From Vicugna vicugna (taxonomy: Eukaryota): a DNA stretch of 64,000 bases. The notes beneath the pieces were generated by a model. It saw only the letters and a program-made list of their open reading frames with translations. It made no database searches and was not told the origin of the DNA. The first letter of the stretch is position 1; every line of letters starts with the position of its first letter. The position numbers and the translations under genes were made by a program. The DNA lies in the NCBI GenBank assembly GCA_013265495.1, contig MU057951.1, positions 31,118-95,117 of the forward strand, written 5' to 3'. This document shows positions 10,290-23,312 of the stretch, piece after piece.

Positions 10290-11920
10290 TGTGTGTAAGA
10301 GAAACATTAATTGCTGTTGCACAAAAAATCTGTATGAAGTACAAATTGGTTCCAATAACATTAATAGAGAACACATTCTAGAAAGTGGTGGTAGAAGAAT
10401 GCAAAATTCTGGCAGCAATTTAATAGAACAGTCCCAGATGTTTAGGCTGAGTCCAACACCTAATGAGGACAAAAGCCCTGTCTGCGGTGAATTGTGAATA
10501 ATACCTGGAGAAGTATTACACTGTACATAAACCAAATGGAAATGTTTTCACACGTGCTGTTATGTTTCATATAGTAAAAGGGTTTTTCTACCATGGGCAT
10601 TGATTTCACAGCAAGCATGGCATAGAAAACCTAAACACAGATGAGAAATCTAATGTAAGATATCTAGTTTCTTGATACAAAAATGCATATAATTCAACAT
10701 GATTACACTATATCTAGGGCTTTTTTCAACTACAAGGTGGTAGTTATTGAAATCATCACTTCTATTATCAATATCTATAAAGCAGCTCACCTTTCATGTG
10801 TGTTTTTCTTTCCTGTTTATTTCTTCATTTTTCTTAATCCAGTCTGCTGTTGTTGTTGCTGCTTACCAAATTGCTGAAAACAAAGTAGCAATCATTGAGC
10901 ATAACACTCTGGCAACCAAGAAGTTTAAAACCTTCAATAATCTGGGGTGAAGGAAACATTGTGTGACATTTGGAACTCTGATTTACAGAGTGGTCATAAA
11001 TTCTTTGATTTGAAGACCCCCACAATTTTCTTAATCAGAAGTTCCTGATAAGAGTTCTGACTGCATTTTGTTTCAAAGTTACCATAAGAAAATTCTTGTT
11101 TTGAACTGATGTGAATATTCCAGTAAGTTCCCTCTGATTTTATTCCATTCACTGAATACCAGAAAATATCATTCAGTGTGATGGTAATGACAGAACTTGG
11201 TATCAGATAATGAATTACATTCTTACTAGTAACATTCTTTGTAGTAACATCATCTTTCATTTACAACTGGTTTGTAACTATTGGGTCAAGCTCACTCATT
11301 AGAATTTCTAGGGTTTGATCTTATTGTATCAACAGTCAAAATTCATACATCCCATACAATATGTTGCTCCATTGGGGAAAATTGCATTAAAAAACATTAT
11401 TTTTTCCTGGAAATTCTAGTGTGGGTACCCTTTGTAAATCTTCATTAAATTCTTACAAAAATAAAAGAAGCTTTGAATTGAGTCAAACCTACTGTAATCC
11501 CTTGAAAGCTTCAATAGGGGAACCAGTGCTTTCAAGCCATGGGTGGTGCCATATGTCATCAAAATGGAGCACCACTTAAAGACAAACTCGCTACTCTCAC
11601 TAAGTATATAAGCTTCCTATTTGTCATTTTTGTCACATTTATGATTCAGTAGTGCACACCCTTTGAAAAATATGTCTCACTCAGACCTTGGGATGGTGTG
11701 AAGACCCCCAGATACTTGGTTTTCACTGGGATGCTATCTGAAGAATCAACCCTCTAGTGGCTTACTCCATTCCTTTGAAAAAAATGGCCAGGCAGTTTTC
11801 ATCATCATTAGACTAACGAACAATTAACAGCTACAGAAAATCAACTAAATGAAATCTCTTCTCCCGATTCTATCACAGCTACTATGTTACTAAATATCAG
11901 GTTCTTCTCTCTTTTTTTTT
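10290..11920 (-). pseudogene. Candidate decayed class C GPCR-like pseudogene (Venus flytrap-like region plus 7TM)
   Basis: One minus frame with stops gives TM4-like ILIIEVMISI (10774), TM5-like ISYIRFLICV*VFYAMLAVKS (10663-10601) and TM6-like NISIWFMYSVILL (10546). The adjacent frame gives TM7-like GVGLSLNIW...LLPEFCILL (about 10460-10392; compare GPRC5 PEFWLL/PELCIL). Upstream VFT-like segments are NIVAVI, LVDFL, TKYLGVF..KGVHY*II, HHPWLE and [20 protein letters not shown]1 and TM2 are not clearly recognisable. Confidence 0.4.
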
Positions 11921-12169
11921 TGCTAAAATATTATATAAAAATTTAAAAGAGTACTTTACATTTTCCAGGTCTTTTTGTCTAATTTTTCACGAGGGGAGAG
12001 CAAAAGTTGAACCTGAGTCTGCTGGAAATAGAAGCAGATGCCGTTAGTCTCTTGTAGTCTGCTGTTTCCCCATTAAAGAAAGTTAAGCTAATGCTACCTA
12101 CTTTTGCTAGCCATAGAATGTAAGCCTAATTGTTTAAATAAAGACTAAATTATCTGGCTTTGTCTGCTT

Positions 12170-14352
12170 GTTTGTTTTTACATATCATGTTTTAGGTGTT
12201 GCATCAAAAATTCATCTCTATGATCATGGTCATATAGATATCTTCCTATTCTTCTAGAACTTTTTTTGATTATTGGTTTTGTGTTTTGATTTTGCATTTT
12301 GCATTTAGGTTTATAATTTTGAGTTATTTTGGGGGTAAGTTGTAAGGTATATGTCCAGGTGATCCTTTCTCTTTCATTCCTTCTTTCTTTTTGTTTTTTG
12401 TTTGTTTGCTTGTGGATGCCCATTTTTTCCAACACCATATGTTGAAAAGTTGATATTTTCTCCACTTAAATACCATTGTGCCTTTGTCAAACATCAGTTG
12501 ACTATTTGGGTTTACTTCTGGAATCTCGATTCTGTTCCATTAATCTATCTCAATCTTTACACAAATACCACACAGTCTCCATTAGTATAGTTTTATAGCA
12601 AACCTTGAAATTGGGTAGTGTGAGTCCTACAAATTTGCTCTTCAGCCTTATGTTGGCTTTCCTAGATCTTTGGTTTTTCCTGATGAATTTTAGGATTTAT
12701 TTGCCAATATCAATGAAATAACTTGCTGGGAATTTCATTGGGATTTTGTTAACGTTTACAAATCAAGTTGGAAAACTAATATATTAACCATTTTTTCCTT
12801 CAAAACCATGAATACAGTATCTCTCTCAATTTATTTAGATTAAAAAAATTTCTCTTATCAGAGTTTTGTAGTTTTCCTCCTATAGATTCTGTACATATAT
12901 CTTCAAATTTTAATGTGTTAAGGCCATGTGACATGAATCTTAAAATAATTTTTATATATCAATAAATTTTTAAGTGCAAAATACAATATTGCTATCTATA
13001 GGCAGAGTGTTGTATAACAGATCTCTAGAACTTATTTATCTTGCATAATTGAAAATTGTATACCTGTTGTTTAGCAACTCCCAATTTCTTCCTCCATTTA
13101 GCTCCTGGTAACCACAATTCTATTCTTTACTTCTATGAGTTTGACTATTTTATATATTTTACATAAAATCATGAGTATTTGTCATTCTGTGAATGGGTTA
13201 TTTCACTTAGTATAATGTTCTTCAGTTTCAGCCGTGGTGTTGCTTATTGCAGAGTTTCTTTCTCTTTAAGGCTGAATAATATTCCATTTATGTATATTCC
13301 ACATTTACTCCCATTCGTCTCTCCAATGGACATTTAGGTTGTTTCCATATTATGGCTATTGTGAGTAGCACTGCAATAAACATAGGAATGCTAGTATCTC
13401 TTCAATATCCCTTTTTCAATTATCTTGGAAAAATACTCAGAAGTAAGATTGCTAAATCATATGGCAGTTGTATTTTTAATTTCTTTAGGGGCAAACATAC
13501 TGTTTTCTATAGCTGCTGCACCATTTTTCATGGGCAACATTTATTGTCCTTTTAAAAAAATAATAACCATTTTATTTACATTTCTCTGATGATCAGTGAG
13601 TTTTGTAGTTTTCTTCCTATAAATGCTATATATATTTTGTTAATTATACTTATGTATTTTTTGTCAGTCACTATTTTAAATCATATTTTTAAAACTTTAA
13701 ATTCTAGTTGTTTATTGGTAGTAGATAGGAAGGCAATTAACTCTTTAATATTGACCTTGGATCTTGAAATATTGCTATACTTGCTCATTAGCAACAGAGG
13801 AATTGTTATACAATCTTTGTGGTTTTCTACACAGAAAAATATGTCATCTGTGGCTAGAGTTTATTGTATATTTTATATCCTACTTTTAATTTTTTTCTTT
13901 TCTTATTGCAGTAGCTAGGACTCATTGTACAATGTCGAACATGAATAGAAAGAGAGGAAATTTTTGCTTATTTCTAATCTTAGGAGGAAAATTTCCAGAT
14001 TCACAGCATTATGTATTGTCAGTTCTAAGTTTTCATTAGATGTTCATTATCAAGTTGAGGACTATCCCCTCTGTTCCTAGTTTGCTGAGAGTCATACATA
14101 GTGTTGGATTTTGTCAAATGTGTTATCAGCCTCAGTTGTTAGGATAATGTGATTTTTTTTCTTTCTTTGACCTTTTTATATAGTAGATTATATTAAATGA
14201 TTTTCCATTGTCAACCCAGTCCTCCATATCTGAAATAAATATCAATTGATCATGGTGTCTATTTTTATACAATGTTGCATTTAATTTGCATATATTTTCT
14301 TGAAAAATTTTACATCTATATTCAAGAAATATACTGGTCTGTATTTTTATTT
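12170..14352 (-). mobile_element. Old L1 ORF2 remnants (outermost host; resumes at 32556), containing an L1MA-type 3' end at about 12900-13560
   Basis: L1 ORF2 antisense at 12400-12900 and 13590-14350. L1MA-type 3' UTR (acagatctctagaacttatttatcttgc) at about 13000. Confidence 0.8.
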
Positions 14353-17300
14353 TCTGGTAATTTTTTATTTAGTTATAATTGATGCATAACACAGTGTAAT
14401 TTTAAGGTGCACAACATATTGATTAGATATATATATGTACTGCAATATAATTGACATTGTAGCTAACACCTCTATCGTGACACATAATTATCAATTTCCC
14501 TAGTTGTGGAAATAATTAAGATCTAGTCTCTCAGCATGATTAATGTTTATAATACAAATATGTCATCTCTAATCACTGTACTATTTATTATATCTCCAGG
14601 AATTATTTATCTACTAGTTGCTGGTATGCACCCTTAAACAACATTTGTCCCATTCCCCTACACACCTCCAGCACCTGGTAACCACTACTTACTTTGTTTT
14701 TTTTCTTGTTCAGGTTTAGATTCCACATATAAGGGATATAATACAGTATTTTTCTTTCTCTGTCTGACATCTCTCTTACCATAATTTCCTCAAGATCTGT
14801 CCACATATAACCATATCTAAGATATAGCCATATTTTTCTTATCCATTCATCCATAGATTCCATAGACAATTTGTTTACATATTTTTGGCTATTGTGAATA
14901 ATGCTGCAATGAACACAAGAGTGCATATATCTCTTCCTTAACCTGTCTTCATGTCCTTTGGATATATACCCATAAGTGGGATTGCTGGATACCATAGGGT
15001 AGTTCTGTTTTTAATTTTTTGAGGAAACTTCAGTATGTAAAGCTGAACCAGTTTACAATTCCACCAACAGTGCACAGCGGTTCCCTTTCGACCACATCCT
15101 CACCAACACTTGTTATCACTTGTCTTCTTGATGATAGTCATTCTGACAGGTGTGAGGTGATAGCTCATTGTGGTTTTTGATTTGCATTTCCCTGTTGATT
15201 AGAGATATTGGGCAAATTTTCATGTAATTGTTTTCAATTTGAATATCTTCCTTGGAAAAATGTCTATTTAGTTCATATGCCCATTTTAAAGTCAGATTAC
15301 TTGTGTTTTTGTATGTTTGTTGTTGAGTTGTATGAGTTTTTTTAAAATAAATTTTGGTTACTAATCCCTTATCCAATACATGATTTGCAATATTCTCTTC
15401 CACTTGATAGATTAATTGTTTCTTTGGCAGTGCAAAAGTCTTCAAGTCTGATGTATTCACACTGGTTTATTTTTCCTTTTGTTGTTAACGCACTTGGAGC
15501 CATATTAAAAAATAGTTGTCAAGACCAATATTCAGGAGGTTATTCCCTATGTTTTCTTCTAAGAATTTTACAGTATTGGGTCTTATCTTTAAATCTTTGA
15601 GCCATTTAAAGTTAATTTTTGTGACTGGTGTAAGACAGGGATCCAATTTCATTATTCTACATTCATTCAGTAATTCAGTTTTCCCAATACCATTTGTTGA
15701 AGAGACTATCCTTTCACCATTGGATATTATTTGCTCCTCTTTCAAATATTAGTTGACTGTATATGTGGGGGCTTAATTATGTTCTCTTTCTTCTATTCCA
15801 TTTGTCTATATATCTATTTTTATACCAGCATCAAACTGTTTTAATTACTATAGATTTTGTACTATGACTGGAAATCAGGCAGTGTAATGTCTCCAGTTTT
15901 GCTCTTCTTTCTTATGATTAGTTTAGATATACAGGGGTTTTGTGGTTATACACAAATTTTAGAAATTTTTTCCACTTTCTGTGAAAAAAATAACTGGAGT
16001 TTTGATAGGATTGTGTTGAATCTATAGATGGTTTTGGGTAGCACTGGCATTATAATAATATTAACCCTGCCAATCCATGAACATAGGACATCTTTCAATT
16101 TGTCCTGTTTAATTTCTTTTATCAAATGTCTCTAGGTTTCACTGTACAGATTTTTCACTTCCTTGGTTGAATTCATTCCTAGGCTAGACTGTTTTTGATG
16201 ATATTGTGAATAAGATAGTTGCCTTTATTTCTTTTTCAATTGTTTCATTATCACTGTATAGAAAAGCAACTTCTTTCTGTTCATTGATTCTACAGCCTGA
16301 AAATTTAGAGACCATTGATTAGATCCAACTGTTTTTCAGTTAAGTCTGAGATTTTCTATGTATAAGTTCATATCATATACAAATAAAGACAATTTTACTT
16401 TTTCCTGTCTGATTTGGATGAATTTTATTTCTCTGCCATGCCTGATTGCTCTAGCTAGATTCTGCAGTGCTATGTTGACTAAGAGTGGTGAAAGTGAGCA
16501 CCCTTGTTTTGTTCCTGATCTTAGAGGAAACGTTTTCCATTTTTGCCCATTGAGTATAATGTTATTTGTGGGTTTTTCATATGTGATTTTTATTATGTTG
16601 AGATATGTTCTATATATACCAAATATATCAAGGGTTTTATCATAAAAGGATGTTGTATTTTGGCAAAAGCTTTTCCTGCATCTATCAGTATGATTCTGTG
16701 ATTTTTATCTTTCATTCTATTAATGTGGTGCATCACATTTATTGATTTCCATAAGTTGAACCAATCTTGCATCCAAGGGATAAATCACACTTGGTAATGG
16801 TGAATAATATATTTAATAAGTTCTTGAATTTAGTTTGCTAATATTTTGTTGAGAAATTTTACACTTACATTGATCAGGGAAATTGGTCTATAGATTTCTT
16901 TTAGTGTATTTATCTAGATTTGATTTCAAGGTAATGTTGGCCTTGTGAATGAGTTTGGAAGTACTTTCTCCTCTTCAATTTTTGGAAGAGTTTGAGAAGG
17001 ATTAGCATTAATTCTTCTCCAAATGTTTGCTAAAACTTACCAGTCAAACCTTCTGTTTCTGGGATTTTCTGTGTTGGGAGGTATTTGATTATGGATTTTT
17101 ATTTCCCTACTCATTACTGGTCTGATTAGACTTTCTATTTCTTCTTGGTTTGGTCTCATTAAGTTTTATGATTCTAGAAACTTATCGATTCATTTCAGAC
17201 TATCTAATTTGTTGGTGTACATTGTTCAAAGTAGTCCCTGATGATCCCACATATTTCTAAAGTGTCAGTTATAATTTATCATCTTTCATTTCTGATTTTA

Positions 17301-19303
17301 TTTGAGACCTACAGTTTTTTTCTTAGTCTCACTAAGCTTTGTCAATTTTGTCTTTTTTAAGAAGAAGCTCTTAGTTTCATTGAAAATAGAAAACTATTTT
17401 TATCACTATTTTTAAATTCATTTTATCTGTTTTTTTGTATATAATTTTTTTTTGCTTTTTTAACATTTTTATTACTTTATAATCATTTTACAAGGTTGTG
17501 TCAAATTCCAGTGTAGAGCACAATTTTTCAGTTATACATGAATATATATATATATTCATTGTCACATTTTTTTCTCTGTGAGCTACTGTAAGATCTTGTA
17601 TATATTTCCCTGTGCTATACAGTATAATCTTGTTTATCTATTCTACAATTTTAAAATCCCAGTCTATCCCTTCCCACCTTCCCAACCCCCGCCCACTTGG
17701 CAATCACAAGTTTGTATTCTATGTCTATGAGTCTATTTCTGTTTTCTATTTATGCTTTTTTTTTAATTCCACGTAAGAGTGATCTCATATGGCATTTTTC
17801 TTTCTCTTCCTGGCTTACTTCACTTAGAATGACATTCTCCAGGAGCATCCATGTTGCTGCAAATGGCGTTATGTTGTCGGTTTTTATGGCTGAATAGTAT
17901 TCCATTGAATAAATATACCACTTCTTCTTTATCCAGTCATCTATCAATGAATGTTTAGGCTGTTTCCATGTCTTGGTTGTTGTAAATAGTGCTACTATGA
18001 ACACTGGGGTTCAGGTGTCTTTTTGAAGTAGGGTTCTTCTGGATATATGCCCAGGAACAGGATTCCTGGGTCATATGGTAAGTCTATTCCTACTCTTTTG
18101 AGGAATCTCCATAGTGTTTTCCACAGTGGCTGCACCAAACTGCATTCCTACCAGCAGTGTAGGAGGGTTCCCTTTTCTCCACAGCCTCTCCAGCATTTGT
18201 CATTTGTGGATTTTTGAATGACGGCCTTTCTGACTGGTGTGAGGTGATAACTCATTGCAGTTTTGATTTGCATTTCTCTGATAATTAGTGAACTCATTGC
18301 AGATTTGCATTTCTCTGATAATTAGTGATATGGAGCATTTTTTCATGTGTCTATTGATCATTTGTATGTCTTCCTAGGAGAATTGCTTGTTTAGGTCTTT
18401 TGCACATTTTTGGATTGGGTTCTTTATTTTCTTTTTGAGTTGTATGAGCTGCTTATATATTCTGGAGATCAAGCCTTTGTCAGTTTCATTTGCAAAATTT
18501 TTTTCCCATTCCGTAGGTTGTCTTTTCATTTTACTTATGGTTTCCTTTGCTCTGCAGAAGCTTATAAGTTTCATTAGGTCCCATTTGTTTATTCTTGCTT
18601 TTATTTCTTCTAGGAGAACATTTTTGAGATGTATGTCAGATAATGTTTTGCCTATATTTTCTTCTGAGAGGTTTATTGAATCTTGTCTTCTGTTTAACTC
18701 TTTGATCCATTTTGAATTTATTTTTGTGTATGGTGTAAGGGAGTGTTATAGCTTCATTGCTTTACATGCTGCTGTCCAGTTTTCCCAACACCATTTGCAG
18801 AAGAGACTGTCTTTATTCCATTGTATATTCTTGCCTCCTTTGTCGAAGATTACTTGACCAAACTTTTGTGCATTCATTTCTGGGCTATCTTTTCTGTTCC
18901 ATTGGTCCATATGTCTGTTTTGGTACCAATACCATGCTGTCTTGATGACTGCAGCTCTATAGTATTGTCTGAAGTCTGAATTCCTCAGCCTCTTTCTTTC
19001 TCTTCAGTAATGCTTTTGCAATTCTAGGTCTTTGAATGGTTCCATATAAATTTTATTAGATTGCTTCTAGTTCTGTGAAATATGTCCTGGGTAATTGGAT
19101 AGGGATTGCATTAAATCTGTAGATTTACTTAGGCAGTGTGACCATTTTAACAATACTGATTCTTCCCGTCCAGGAGCATGGAATATCTTTCCATCTTTTT
19201 AAGACTTCTTTAATATCCTTCATCAGTGTTTTATAGTTTTCCATGTATAAGTCTTTCACCTGCTTGGTTAGAGTTGCTCCTAGGTATTTTATTACTTTGT
19301 GTG

Positions 19304-19347
<44 letters not shown>

Positions 19348-20189
19348 TTTTCTTTATAATATGTATATTTCCAAGAAGATTGTGAAATGCAAAGCTAACA
19401 CTGATTTTTGTCTGAGTGATAAGATTATAGATGATTTTTTTTCTTTGTGTTACATAGAGATAATATTTTGAATTTATAAAATAGCCCTTTGCTGTTTTAG
19501 ATTTTTTATTGTCTGATTTTTTTTACCATAAATATATTACCTTTACAATCAGAATATATCTAAAGATGTATATGAATCTATTAAATGCTTGAACTCCAAA
19601 TTAGCATCTGACTTGTACAGGATCAGTGTTGAGATTCTTTACTCTATGAATCTATTCAAATATCATTTACTCAGGAAATCCACTCTGTGTGCCATAAAAG
19701 TTAGTTCAGGAAGAACCTGGGTAGAACCCTGATTGACCAATTTGTCGTCAGTGATGCTGATGGGTTTCCTCTAACACCCGTAATATTATGTCTTGCTTTA
19801 GATTGTTATGTGGTGAATTTAATTGTCAAAACTCTGAATTCTCTTAAGATCTGTCCATTTTATTGTTAATTATATATCACTAAAAAAGAAATAAGAAGTA
19901 AGGGCAAAGTAAGTTGGAATGTGCTTTTTCCAGACCTTTGTAATGTCTATCAGACATGACATGAATTGAATGACCTAGTCAGGAAAAACTCCTGGTGGGA
20001 ACAGAGTATTATTCTGTTATGTATATTGTGCTAGAACCAAAGTATGAGATGGAGTTGATTTCCCTAGTTTGGAAAATGGGATAATAATAACATTAGGAAG
20101 AGCCATTAGGCCAGCTCTTCTCTAAGAAACATAAAACATGGTATCTAAGAGATAGTGATAATAATAATATAAAAGAACTTTCAATATGC
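19304..20189 (-). other. Non-L1 segment inserted into L1 ORF2, with a (TAAA)n-type tail and short TSD (candidate orphan transduction or retrocopy)
   Basis: L1 sequence breaks after attactttgtgtg and resumes at tgtgtgcttttttaaaggggattg (compare the uninterrupted copy at 25148-25180). tgtgtg is duplicated at 19298-19303 and 20190-20195. (TTTA)n lies at 19306-19350. Confidence 0.7.
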
Positions 20190-21696
20190 TGTGTGCTTTT
20201 TTAAAGGGGATTGTTACATTTTTTCTTTTTCTGTTGATTCATAGTTAGTGTAAAGAAATGAACTAATTTTTGAACGTTAATCTTGTAACCTGCTACCTTG
20301 CTGAATTCTTTGATTATTTCCAGTAGTTTTTGTGTGGACCTTTTAGGGTTTTCTATATATAGTATCATGTCAGCTGCATATAGTCACACTTTTACCTCTT
20401 CTTTTCTAATTTGAATCCCTTTTATTTTTCTCTTTTGCCTGATTGCTGTAGCTAGGACATCCAGGACAATGTTGAATAGGAATGATGATAGTGGACATCC
20501 TTGTCTTGTCCCATATTTTAGTGGGAAGCTTTTGAGTTTTTCACTGTTGAGTACTATGCTGGCTGTAGGTTTGTCATATATAGCTTTTATGATGTTGAGA
20601 TATGTTCTCTCTGTACCCACTTTGGCGAGAGTTTTTATCATAAATGGGTGTTGAATATTATCAAACGCTTTTTCTGCATCTATTAAGATGATCATGTGGT
20701 TTTTGTCCTTTCTTTTGTTGATGTGATGTATTACATTGATTGATTTGCATATGTTGAACCATCCTTGTGTCCCTGGGAAGAACCACACTTGGTCATAATA
20801 TATAATCTTTTTTATGTGATGTTGGATTCTGTTTGCTAGTGTTTTGGTAAGGATTTTTACAACTATGTTCATCCATGATATTGGTCTGTAATTCTCTTTT
20901 TTGGTGGTATCTTTGCCTGGTTTTGGTATCAGGGTGATGGTGGCTTCATAGAATGAGTTTGGATGCATTCCCTCTTTTTCAATCTTATGAAAGAGTTTGA
21001 GAAGGACTGGTAAGAGTTCTTCTTTGTATATTTGTTAGAATTCCCCAGTGAAGCCGTCCAGTCCTGGGCTTTTATTTGTAGGGAGGTTTTTAGTTGGTAT
21101 TTCAGTTTCATTTCTAGTGATCGGTTTGTTCAGATGGTCACTTTATTCTTGATTCAATGTTGGTGGACAATATGTTTCCAGAAACTTGTCCATCTATTCT
21201 AGGTTATCCATTTTGGTTCCATATAGTTTTTCATAATATTCTCGTGTGATATTCCGTATTCCTATGTTATTTGTTATAATTTCAACATTTTCCTTTCTTA
21301 TTTTGCTTATTTGTGCTCCCTCTTTTTTCTTCTTAGTGAGTTTGGCCAGAGGTTTATCGATTTTATTTGCTTTTTCAAAAAACCAGCTTTTGGTTTGATT
21401 GATCTTTTTATTGTTTTTTAAATCTGTATTTTATTTATTTCCTCCTTGATCTTTATTATTTCTTTCCTTATGATAACTTTTGGGTGTTTTTGCTCTTCTT
21501 TTTCTAGTTTTTATAGCTGGTGGACTCGATTGCTTATTTGAGAGTGTTCTTCTTTTTTGAGAAAGGCTTGTATCACTATAAACATCCCTATTAGCACTGC
21601 CTTTGCTGTGAACCATAAGTTTTGTGTGGTTGTGTTTTCATTTTCATTTGTCTCAAGGCGTTTTTTAATTTCAACTTTGATTTCATCATCGACCCA

Positions 21697-21816
21697 CTTT
21701 TAACATTTTTTATTGATTTATAATCATTTTACAATGTTGTGTCAAATTCCAGTGTTCAGCACAGTTTTCCAGTCATACATGGACATATACACATTCTTTG
21801 TCACATTTTTTTCTCA
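21697..21816 (-). mobile_element. Extremely 5'-truncated young L1 3' end (about 120 bp) inserted in host ORF2
   Basis: Matches the 3' termini at 17460 and 23320 (aacattttttattgatttataatcattttacaatgttgtgtcaaattccagtg). Host ORF2 flanks both sides. Confidence 0.85.
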
Positions 21817-23312
21817 GCATGTTGTTTAATCTCCATGCTTTCCTTTTTTTCTGCCTTTTACTCTGTAGTTGATTTCTACTTTCAAGGCATTGTGGTCCAT
21901 AAAGATGCTTGAGATAAGTTCTATCTTCTTCAAATTGTTGAGGCTTCTTTTGTGCCCAAGTACATGATCAATCCTAGAAAATTTTCCATGTGTAGTTGAA
22001 TAAAATGTATATCCTATTTTTGGGGGGTGTAATGCTCTGAAAATATCCACCAAATCTAATTTTTCTATTGTATCATTTAATTTCTCTGTTGCCTTATTCA
22101 TTTTCAGTATGAAAGATCTGTCCAGTGATGTTAATGCAGTGTTAAAATCTCTGACAATGGTTGTTATTCTCATCAATTTCCCCCTTTATCTCTGCTAGTA
22201 ATTGTTTTATGTATTTAGGTGCTCCTATGTTGAGTGTGTATATATTAATAAGTGTAATATCCTCATCTTGTATTACTCCTTTAATCATTATAAAATGTCC
22301 TTCTTTAACTTTCTTTATGGCCCTTGTTTTAAAGTCTATTTTGTCTGAAATCAGTACTGCAACACCTGCTTTTTTGGCTTTTCCATTTGCATGGTGTATC
22401 CTTTTCAATCCTTTCACTCTCAATCTATATGTGTCCTTCTCCGTAGGGCTCTTGTATGCAGCATATTGAAGGTTCTTGCTTTATTATCCAGTCTGCCACT
22501 CTATGTTTTTTGACTGGAGTATTTAGTCCATTAACATTTACAGTAATTAATGATAGATGACTGTTTATTGCCATTTTGAACATATTTTTGCAGTTGATTA
22601 GGTATTTCCTTTTTGTTCCTCTCTTCTTCCTTTTGTGGTTTGGTAATTTTCCTTTGTATTATCATGGATTTTATTTAATTTTTGTGACTCCCTTGTAAGT
22701 TTTTGGCTTGTGGTTACCCTTTTTTTTATAAGTCTATTAAGCTTTTACTAAAACTGTTTGTACTGAACAGATAGTAATGAAATCTCAAACACATTCTACT
22801 GAGAACAAATTTTAAAATAAAAAGAAAGAAAAAAATACTCTATGTTTTCTTGCTTCCCTCTCCCACACTTAATTGTTTAGATGTCTTCTTTTACATATTG
22901 TGTTTACTATATTTGCAATTCATGTTAGTTATCAACTTTTCAGTTATTAGTTTCTCATTTTTGTAGCATCCTGCTTCTTTTCTGTTTAGACTAGACCTGT
23001 AAAATTTCTTTTAGCATTGGTATAGTGTTGCAAAACTCTTTTAGTTTTTCCTTGTCTGTGAAGTTCTTTATCTTTCCTTCTATTCTAAAGGATAGCCTTG
23101 CTGGATAGAGTATCCTAGGATGCATCTTTTATTTTTTTTCATTCAGGGTTTTAAATATATCTTGCCTTACCCTTCTGGCCTGTAGTGTTTCTATAGAGGA
23201 ATCAGCTGAGAGCATTATGGAGTTCCCTTGGAATTCACTCATTGTTTTGCTCTTGCTGCTTTTAAGATCATTTCTTTATCCTTGACTCTGGTCATCTTCA
23301 TTATGATATGTC

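Noticed and set aside
10585..10720. Copine vWA-like motif on the plus strand (GIDFTAS...IIQHDY)
   Set aside because: Spacing is wrong and there is no further copine similarity; the opposite strand gives a more extensive colinear pattern.
11640..11700. B30.2/SPRY motif (FSKGVHYW-like) or an endogenous non-retroviral virus (borna- or parvovirus)
   Set aside because: A single short motif without flanking SPRY residues; I found no bornavirus or parvovirus signature motifs in the frames I translated.
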